The notes under the pieces were generated by a model. It was not told the origin of the DNA, made no database searches, and saw only the letters and a list, made by a program, of their open reading frames with translations. From a virus, in IMG/VR virus record IMGVR_UViG_3300031260_000113, positions 1 to 21,104 of that record: a stretch of 21,104 bases of DNA; one strand, 5' to 3'. Below, piece after piece: positions 1 to 5,530 of the stretch. The number at the start of each line of letters is the position of its first letter. The first letter of the stretch is position 1. A program made the translations under genes and the position numbers.

Positions 1-349
1 ACAAGATTAAGGTCTGTAACATCAATCCAGTATTCAAAATGTTCTCAGCTGTTTTTTCCCACCTCTTTTTCATGACAACCTTGTCCATTCCTGGAGTAAA
101 TGGATAATCCAGGGGAACGGTGTATTCTGGTTTTAACGTCTTCTGAATATTGAGGACCCGCTCTTCCTTCAGGATGCTCTTTTGAGAATTTTTGAGGGCG
201 CTGTAGGCTCCGTTATCAAGAAAAAGTTTATTATAGTCATATTCTATCTTGGGGTCTTCTAGATGATAGTAGTTGATAACACTGTCCATCACATAGTTAT
301 GTTTCAGTTTAATTGATTTGTTTGGGGTTTCTCCTGCCCAGTATTTCAT
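1..349 (-). CDS. TGT-fold (queuine/archaeosine tRNA-ribosyltransferase-like, DpdA-like) guanine transglycosylase, 3'-partial; absent from ORF track because it runs off the window
   Basis: Manual translation from ATG 349: MKYWAGETPNKSIKLKHNYVMDSVINYYHLEDPKIEYDYNKLFLDNGAYSALKNSQKSILKEERVLNIQKTLKPEYTVPLDYPFTPGMDKVVMKKRWEKTAENIL... LFLDNGAYS and IQKTLKPEYTVPLDYP match the TGT motifs hhhDSG(A/G)(F/Y)S and Q..h.PD....LD.P. GC 137/360 = 38% over 1-360. Confidence 0.72.
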   Translation of the reverse strand, partial: MKYWAGETPNKSIKLKHNYVMDSVINYYHLEDPKIEYDYNKLFLDNGAYSALKNSQKSILKEERVLNIQKTLKPEYTVPLDYPFTPGMDKVVMKKRWEKTAENILNTGLMLQTLIL

Positions 350-391
350 TATATTTCAGCCCTTATACCATTTTTTTGTGCAGGTGGTGGG

Positions 392-412
392 GGTGGGGGT
401 GGTGTCCCCACC
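392..412. other. GC-rich hairpin (GGTGGGG-7 nt-CCCCACC) overlapping the stop of the 144 aa gene, inside a G-tract-rich stretch
   Basis: 392-398 GGTGGGG is the exact reverse complement of 406-412 CCCCACC. No U-tract follows on the minus (sense) strand (A7 instead), so terminator function is doubtful. Confidence 0.45.
394..405. repeat. Dispersed motif TGGGGGTGGTGT, copy 1 of 3
   Basis: Identical 12-mer at 394, 2049 and 2387, all intergenic. Copies 1 and 3 share 14 nt plus an upstream TGCAGGTG. Confidence 0.8.
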
Positions 413-846
413 TATAGGAGGTCTAGGATTTTTTCTTCAAGCTTTCTGCGCGTGTTCTCCATGAGGAGTTTTTCTTTCACCTCCCCGTCTAGTTCTTCTA
501 TGTATTCTTGGAGGATCCTCCTCGCTTTCTCTGAGTCTTTGGCGAGGAAGATCTTCTCTATTGTCTCCTCCCATCCTCTCTGGTCTTGGAGGGTGTGGTG
601 GAGGATGGTGAGGGGGTTTTGGATTGTTTCCCATTCTCTCCCCTGGGTTTTGACTCTGATGCTGATGCGGAAGGGGATGGTATATAGGGTGTGGATGAGG
701 ATGTCCACGGGCCTGGTTGGGTTTCCTGTGCGGAGTCTTATTATGTCGGCGTTGCTCTCTGCTCGGATGATTTTCTCCGCGTTCCTCCGTATGAAGTTCT
801 GGAAGTCCTTGTCTTTTCGTATTCTTCTTTTGATGGGTTTTTTCAT
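412..846 (-). CDS. Hypothetical protein, 144 aa (MKKPIKRRIRKDKDF...), basic N-terminus and helical acidic C-terminus
   Basis: ATG 846 preceded by AAGGAGGAAACC. The 35 upstream codons in the ORF track are low-complexity and belong to another gene's frame. Confidence 0.85.
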   Translation of the reverse strand: MKKPIKRRIRKDKDFQNFIRRNAEKIIRAESNADIIRLRTGNPTRPVDILIHTLYTIPFRISIRVKTQGREWETIQNPLTILHHTLQDQRGWEETIEKIFLAKDSEKARRILQEYIEELDGEVKEKLLMENTRRKLEEKILDLL

Positions 847-980
847 GGTTTCCTCCTTCTCCTTCTGGGTTCTAGTCTCCTGCGTTTGGGTGGTTCCTGG
901 TGGGTGAGGCGGAGTATGAGGCTGGCTATGGTGGCGGTGAGGATGGTCCATGTGAGGAAGAGTGTTCCTGGTGGTGTCAC
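843..980 (-). CDS. 45 aa single-pass membrane microprotein with poly-Arg tail (MTPPGTLFLTWTILTATIASLILRLTHQEPPKRRRLEPRRRRRKP); not in ORF track
   Basis: GTG 980 overlaps upstream stop (GTGA), GGAGGT 7 nt upstream, TGA overlaps next ATG (ATGA). Fills the gap exactly; codons end in A/C like its neighbours; hydrophobic stretch aa 7-25. Confidence 0.78.
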   Translation of the reverse strand: MTPPGTLFLTWTILTATIASLILRLTHQEPPKRRRLEPRRRRRKP

Positions 981-1639
981 TGGTATGACCTCCGGGGTCG
1001 TGTGTGTTGTATTGGTGTCATGGCGTTTTGGATGATTGCGTCTGGGTCTTGCTTGATCAGCTTCTCCCTGCGTCTCTGTATCTCCTTCTTGGTGTTCTCC
1101 ACGAGTTTTCCGCCGTGTCGCTGGATGTCTCCTAGGGTGATTTGTTCGGGTGGTTTTCCTGTTGTCTCCATGCAGATCCTCCGGAAGATTTCTCTGGGGT
1201 CTTCTCCGTGGCTTTCCTTGTATTTCGTGAAGATTTCATCGTATTCGCATGCTTTGAGGGCTCTGATGTTGTTTATGCCGACGTTGGGGCTGATTCCCAG
1301 CGTGCGGCTGCTGAGTGTCCTGGTGAAGAATCGGCTTAGGAGGTCGAGTAGGAGGATTTCGAAGATGGTGGGTCGTGGTCCGCGTCCTCCGTGTGGTGTG
1401 ATGATTTTCCCGTCGATGCGGACGCGTGGTTTCTGTTTTTCTTCCGGTGGGAGGTTTCTGAGTGTCTCTGAGACCAGGGGGATGTTTGTGAGGAGTATGT
1501 TCGCTATTTCTGGTTCTGTGTAGCCTTCTCTGTAGAGTTGGATGATTATTCTCTCTCTTTCCCGTGCTGTGATCTGTTCTGGGTTGGTGAGGGGTAGTTT
1601 TGGGGTTGGTGGGGTGAGGTTGAGTCTTATTTTCGTCAT
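977..1639 (-). CDS. Helix-turn-helix DNA-binding protein, 220 aa
   Basis: ATG 1639 with GGAGGAGAGTGA upstream. ERERIIIQLYREGYTEPEIANILLTNIPLVSETLRNL is HTH-like, followed by GGRGPRP and a second weaker HTH-like segment (RTLSSRTLGISPNVGINNIR). Confidence 0.75.
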   Translation of the reverse strand: MTKIRLNLTPPTPKLPLTNPEQITARERERIIIQLYREGYTEPEIANILLTNIPLVSETLRNLPPEEKQKPRVRIDGKIITPHGGRGPRPTIFEILLLDLLSRFFTRTLSSRTLGISPNVGINNIRALKACEYDEIFTKYKESHGEDPREIFRRICMETTGKPPEQITLGDIQRHGGKLVENTKKEIQRRREKLIKQDPDAIIQNAMTPIQHTRPRRSYQ

Positions 1640-1644
1640 TGGGC

Positions 1645-2019
1645 TCACTCTCCTCCTTCGCTGTGGTGTATGATGATTTCTAGGATTTCTTGTGGTCCGC
1701 GTAGTTCTGTGACGATTTCTTCTTCGATGAGGGTGGCTTTTAGTTCCTTGTTTTCTGTGTAGATTGTTATGGTTGCTCCGGTGGGGAGTGGTAGTCTTCG
1801 GGGGCCTCCTTCCTGGAGGATGCTGGTGATTGTTTCTTCTGGTCTTTTGTTTACCTTTATGGGTGTTGGTTGGTACCCTATTTTCTCTAGGTTCTTCCTG
1901 AGTTTTTCTTGGCGTTCTTCTCGGACTCTCCGGATGTTTCCTCCGGGGAGTTTCAGGTACAGGTTTCCGTTCTGGTCCTGGTAGAAGTGGACCAGGGTAT
2001 CTGTCTCTTCCCATGCCAT
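1645..2019 (-). CDS. Hypothetical protein, 124 aa (MAWEETDTLVHFYQDQNGNLYLKLPGG...), first gene of the leftward unit
   Basis: ATG 2019 with GAGGTGA SD about 5 nt upstream (alternative GTG 2028). Stop lies inside the SD of the next gene. Confidence 0.8.
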   Translation of the reverse strand: MAWEETDTLVHFYQDQNGNLYLKLPGGNIRRVREERQEKLRKNLEKIGYQPTPIKVNKRPEETITSILQEGGPRRLPLPTGATITIYTENKELKATLIEEEIVTELRGPQEILEIIIHHSEGGE

Positions 2020-2048
2020 CGGTTTCACCTCTCCTTTTTTTCTTTGTG

Positions 2049-2060
2049 TGGGGGTGGTGT
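2049..2060. repeat. Dispersed motif TGGGGGTGGTGT, copy 2 of 3
   Basis: Exact match, just upstream of the SD of the 124 aa gene. Confidence 0.8.
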
Positions 2061-2097
2061 GTGGTGTTCCCCCGTCTTCTTTTTCTGTTTCTTTTTG

Positions 2098-2112
2098 TAT
2101 ATATTTTTTTTT
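2098..2112 (-). promoter_or_regulatory. Putative archaeal promoter (A-rich BRE + TATATA) for the leftward genes
   Basis: Minus strand reads AAAAAAAAA-TATATA-C, about 80 nt upstream of ATG 2019. Predicted start site near 2073. Confidence 0.45.
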
Positions 2113-2346
2113 GTTTCGGTGTTTCTGGGATGGGTTTATATGTGCCAGGGATTATATAGATTCTCATGGTGGGTTTGGGGTGTTGCGCGGCTGCTTTTTT
2201 TTGGTTTTGTGGTGGGTTTCCCCTCAGTCTGGTCTCTCCATGATGGTGTCACCTCCCCTCGGGATGTCTGATGAGAGCCGCGCGATCCCCCCACCACTCT
2301 TTTTTTTGTCCCCTGCTATCCTTTTTTTCCTCTTTTTTGTGTGGGT

Positions 2347-2380
2347 CCTGGAGGTCATCTTGCAGGTCATCCTGCAGGTG
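2347..2380. repeat. 12-bp tandem repeat, about 2.8 copies (CCTGGAGGTCAT CTTGCAGGTCAT CCTGCAGGTG)
   Basis: Read directly from the sequence; 1-2 mismatches between units. Confidence 0.85.
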
Positions 2381-2386
2381 TGTGGA

Positions 2387-2398
2387 TGGGGGTGGTGT
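2387..2398. repeat. Dispersed motif TGGGGGTGGTGT, copy 3 of 3
   Basis: Exact match, between the 12-bp tandem array and the palindromic TATA. Confidence 0.8.
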
Positions 2399-2403
2399 CC
2401 ACG

Positions 2404-2411
2404 CATATATG
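2404..2411. promoter_or_regulatory. Palindromic TATA-like element CATATATG, candidate late-operon promoter, possibly bidirectional
   Basis: Perfect 8-bp palindrome centred about 24 nt upstream of GTG 2432, the spacing expected for a leaderless or short-leader archaeal transcript. Confidence 0.45.
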
Positions 2412-2431
2412 TGTAGAGGGGGATTTGGGTA

Positions 2432-2899
2432 GTGTATTCTCGGCGTAGGGTTTGTGTGCGTTGCGGGGAGCTTATCCCCCCGTCTCGGAGGAAGTATTGT
2501 CCTGTTTGCGCTGTCCTGGTGAGGCGGGAGCAGAAGCGGGAGTATCAGAGGCGGTATCGGCGCTTGTTACGTGGTCTTGGCCGGGAGGGTTTGGGTGAGG
2601 GCAGGTTGGGGCCTCATCGGAATCCTGATCATCGTGTGGAGGCTGGGGTGGTTCGTCGGGAGCTTCGCAGGCTTCTTGGGCGTTCTAGTAGTGGTTTTCG
2701 GGATTCTCAAGTGTCCCCGGGGCCCTTGGCGATTCCTCCTCCTGTTTGGGGTTCGTGTCCTGAGTGTTTTTCGGATCAGGTGTTTTGGGATCCGCTTCGG
2801 CGGGAGTTCTCGTGTCAGGACTGTGGGTTGGTCCTTTCAGGGCCTTATGAGTATTCTGCGGGGTTTCGGGTTGATTTCCCGTGGGGGTTGATTATTTGA
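2432..2899 (+). CDS. Double zinc-finger protein, 155 aa: N-terminal CxxC..CxxC finger with Arg-rich helix, C-terminal TFB/TFIIB-type zinc ribbon
   Basis: CVRC-x11-CPVC followed by RREQKREYQRRYRR. CPEC-x15-CQDCGLVL matches the TFB ribbon pattern CPECG..x15..CxxCGLV. Confidence 0.8.
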   Translation: MYSRRRVCVRCGELIPPSRRKYCPVCAVLVRREQKREYQRRYRRLLRGLGREGLGEGRLGPHRNPDHRVEAGVVRRELRRLLGRSSSGFRDSQVSPGPLAIPPPVWGSCPECFSDQVFWDPLRREFSCQDCGLVLSGPYEYSAGFRVDFPWGLII

Positions 2900-2918
2900 A
2901 GCTTTTTGAGGTGATGAT

Positions 2919-3173
2919 ATGGTTTTTGATTGGAGAAACGTGAATGGTTGGCTGAGCACGTACGTTCTCGGGTTTGTTGTGGTTTTTGAGGGTCTACTCC
3001 TGTCTAATCCTGATCTAGGGGTTCGTCTATTGGAGGATGTTGGTTTAGGTGCCTACGCGCCCCTTATCCTGAGTCTAGCGGCTTTTACGTACGATTTCCT
3101 GTATCCTCGTGCTTCTCATCCCCCTTCCAATTCCTCTGCCGCTGATGATGACGGTCCTGATGAGGGGGCATAG
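2919..3173 (+). CDS. Small two-TM membrane protein with acidic tail, holin-like candidate, 84 aa
   Basis: GAGGTGA SD; hydrophobic segments about aa 14-29 and 43-62; C-terminal DDDGPDEGA. Confidence 0.6.
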   Translation: MVFDWRNVNGWLSTYVLGFVVVFEGLLLSNPDLGVRLLEDVGLGAYAPLILSLAAFTYDFLYPRASHPPSNSSAADDDGPDEGA

Positions 3174-3220
3174 CAGCCTCCTCAGTTCTGGTTTCTAGGA
3201 TGAGGTGCGTGGAGGTTCTG

Positions 3221-3523
3221 ATGGTGGATCGGAAGCATGAAAATTCCTGTTTAAATGAGAAGAGGATTGAGCGGATTGAAGTGAACCTGGAGTCGCTCCG
3301 GGAGGGTTTTTCGGAGTATAAGAAGGTGAACAGCGTCCAGGATGAGCGGATATGTGATCTGAGGGCTGATCTCGCTGAATACATGGAGGAGATGAAGAAT
3401 ATGAGGCGGAGCGTCCTCCTCCTTGAGGGGACTATAAATGAGATGCGCTGGGTCCTCAAAATCTTCATTGGGACGATGCTAGCGGCTATCGTGAAGGATC
3501 TCATCTTCCTTGGTTTCAGGTGA
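3221..3523 (+). CDS. Coiled-coil protein with C-terminal TM helix (XhlA-like architecture), 100 aa
   Basis: ATG 3221 after GGAGG (ORF-track ATG 3200 less likely). Heptad-rich body; ends WVLKIFIGTMLAAIVKDLIFLGFR. Confidence 0.65.
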   Translation: MVDRKHENSCLNEKRIERIEVNLESLREGFSEYKKVNSVQDERICDLRADLAEYMEEMKNMRRSVLLLEGTINEMRWVLKIFIGTMLAAIVKDLIFLGFR

Positions 3524-3537
3524 TGGTGGTGATCAGT

Positions 3538-4134
3538 GTGGACGTGGACTGGGGCCTGGTGGAGAAGGAGTATATTCATGGGGTGACGCGGGAGGATGGT
3601 TCTATCGTCTTCCCAACCCTGAAGGATCTCGCTGCGAAGCATGGGGTTTCATATCATGCTGTTCTGAAACGTGCGAAGGAGGAGGGTTGGGGTAGCCGGC
3701 GTGAGAGGGTTCAGGAGCGTGTGAAGATTCATCTGGATCGTCTCAGGGCTGATCAGATCGCGAGGAGTATCGCGGGGATGGATCTGATCTTCTTCGAGAC
3801 GAGCATGCGCCTAGCTCTCCTCTTGGGGGAGCATGTGGATCTCCTCCGTCAGAAAACGAGCCAAGGGGAGCTTGTTAGGAGTTCAGAGTTCTATAACATC
3901 TCCTTGGCCCTTAAATCCGCCTATGAAGTTTCCAAGGCCTCATTGGAGGATGGTGATGATGGTAAAGCTAAACCGGGCGGTGGGAAGGCAGCTAAATCCT
4001 CATCCGCTAAGTCCCGGCCCGTCACTGAGGTGAAGGAGAAGGCTGCGAAAGACCTGATGAAGAAGCTGATGAAGGAGAAAACAGAGAAAAGAAAGCCCCG
4101 TGTGATCGAACTGGAGGCGTCAGATGCTGATTGA
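3538..4134 (+). CDS. terS: Terminase small subunit (about 198 aa; alternative starts 3520/3523)
   Basis: DWGLVEKEYIHG...TLKDLAAKHGVSYHAVLKRAKEEGW is a typical TerS N-terminal HTH. Overlaps the terL start; GGTGA SD before GTG 3538. Confidence 0.8.
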   Translation: MDVDWGLVEKEYIHGVTREDGSIVFPTLKDLAAKHGVSYHAVLKRAKEEGWGSRRERVQERVKIHLDRLRADQIARSIAGMDLIFFETSMRLALLLGEHVDLLRQKTSQGELVRSSEFYNISLALKSAYEVSKASLEDGDDGKAKPGGGKAAKSSSAKSRPVTEVKEKAAKDLMKKLMKEKTEKRKPRVIELEASDAD

Positions 4135-5530
4135 GGTGAAGGACCCTGCCGAGCGGGTTGAGAGGAAGATGGAGGTCTTCAGGGAGCTGAAGGAGAAGGG
4201 GGAGTACGATTTCCTTGACGAACACCCCAGGGAGTCCGTGGAGGCCTTCATTGAGGGGATAATCCTGAATGAGTTCATCCCCACCATCCCCACGCCGAAG
4301 CAGGCTCTTTTCCTCCTATCTGATGAACCTGAGGTCCTCTACGGTGGAGCGGCTGGTGGTGGGAAGTCCGAAGGTCTTCTGATGGCAGCATTGCAGTATG
4401 TTCACGTGGAGGATTATCGTGCGCTTCTCCTTCGCCGAAACTACCCCGAGTTAACCCTCCCTGGTGGTTTGATCGATCGTGCGCATCAGTGGCTCCACAG
4501 TACTGATGCTGAGTGGGCTGGTGAGAAGAAAACGTGGCGTTTCCCCTCCGGAGCCACATTGACGTTTGGTCATATCGACGTTGACCGTGATAAGTACAGG
4601 TATCAGTCCACTGAGTTCCAGTTCATCGGATTCGACGAGTTGACTGAATTCACGGAGCACCAGTACCTTTTCCTGTTCAGCAGGCTCCGTAAGACCTCTG
4701 ATAACCCTGTACCTCTCCGTATGCGGGCCGCGACGAACCCCACGGGCTCCGGGCTCCGCTGGGTCCGTAAACGGTTCATATTGGATGAGGAAGCGCATTT
4801 CATCCCCGCCACGTTCCGTGATAACCCCTTCCTTGATTCAGGGTACTTGGATTCCTTGAAGAAGCTTGATCCGATAACAAGGCGCCAGTTGAAGGATGGT
4901 GATTGGATGGCTGAGGAGAAGGGCGGGCTCTTCGAGGAGAAATGGTTCCAGCGCTTCGCACTGGATCCCCCGAACCTCCTGCGGAGGGTCCGGTTCTGGG
5001 ATATTGCCTCCACGCCTCCAGGCGCGGGGAAAGACCCGGATTGGACCGTGGGGACCCTGATGGGTGTGGATGCGAATGGATACTACTACGTCCTTGACGT
5101 GGATCGTTTCCAGGCCAGCGCGAGGGACGTGGAGGAGCGTATACTCTGGAATGCTGAGAAGGATGGTCAGGACACGATCATATTGATCGAGCAGGAGCCA
5201 GGGGCCTCCGGGAAGATGATAGTCGATTATTTCAAGCGGAAATTGGATGGGAAGATCGTGTATGGTGTTAGACCTGTGAAGGACAAGTTTCAGCGTGCCA
5301 GGCCCCTGAGCAGTTATGCTGAGGCCGGTAGGGTGTTTGTGCGGGATGCTCCGTGGAGTGATGACTTCCTCTATGAGTTATCTGTCTTCCCACGCCATGG
5401 GGTGCATGATGACCAGGTGGACAGTGTCTGCGGGGCCTTCAATTACCTTATTCAGCGCGGAGGGTCCGATCTGGCCGTCTACGGGGCTGTGACGCGTGGA
5501 AAAGGACGTTTTGGGCATGAGGTGACATGA
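4124..5530 (+). CDS. terL: Terminase large subunit (Terminase_6/6C type), 468 aa
   Basis: Walker A YGGAAGGGKS, Walker B FIGFDELTEF, RAATNP motif, nuclease motifs FWDIAST and HDDQVDS. Confidence 0.96.
   Translation: MLIEVKDPAERVERKMEVFRELKEKGEYDFLDEHPRESVEAFIEGIILNEFIPTIPTPKQALFLLSDEPEVLYGGAAGGGKSEGLLMAALQYVHVEDYRALLLRRNYPELTLPGGLIDRAHQWLHSTDAEWAGEKKTWRFPSGATLTFGHIDVDRDKYRYQSTEFQFIGFDELTEFTEHQYLFLFSRLRKTSDNPVPLRMRAATNPTGSGLRWVRKRFILDEEAHFIPATFRDNPFLDSGYLDSLKKLDPITRRQLKDGDWMAEEKGGLFEEKWFQRFALDPPNLLRRVRFWDIASTPPGAGKDPDWTVGTLMGVDANGYYYVLDVDRFQASARDVEERILWNAEKDGQDTIILIEQEPGASGKMIVDYFKRKLDGKIVYGVRPVKDKFQRARPLSSYAEAGRVFVRDAPWSDDFLYELSVFPRHGVHDDQVDSVCGAFNYLIQRGGSDLAVYGAVTRGKGRFGHEVT

Larger units (their letters stand above)
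2020..2431. promoter_or_regulatory. Divergent intergenic control region between leftward (early) and rightward (late) units
   Basis: About 410 nt with no credible gene. TATA-like boxes at 2098-2103, 2135-2142, 2152-2159 and 2404-2411; oligo-T tracts on + at 2035-2041, 2104-2112, 2195-2202, 2300-2307, 2322-2338; tandem and dispersed repeats. Confidence 0.7.

Noticed and set aside
847-951. His/Pro-rich N-terminal extension of ORF 412-951
   Set aside because: Alternative frame of the 45 aa microprotein; the SD supports ATG 846.
1640-2167. ORF-track N-terminal extension making a 396 aa protein (977-2167)
   Set aside because: Low-complexity translation overlapping the real 124 aa gene and the promoter region; the SD supports ATG 1639.
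2268-2275. CTGATGAG, the hammerhead ribozyme core motif, inside a GGGAT/ATCCC stem
   Set aside because: No stem II followed by GAAA downstream, so the catalytic core cannot be completed.
2347-2380. Tandem repeats as a mini-CRISPR array (also 16777-16837)
   Set aside because: Units are 12 nt without spacers, or an in-frame coding duplication with a 5 nt gap.
2224-2406. 60 aa minus-strand ORF in the control region
   Set aside because: No SD at 2406 and composed of repeat and A-tract translation; only the terminal MERPD has an SD and is reported separately.
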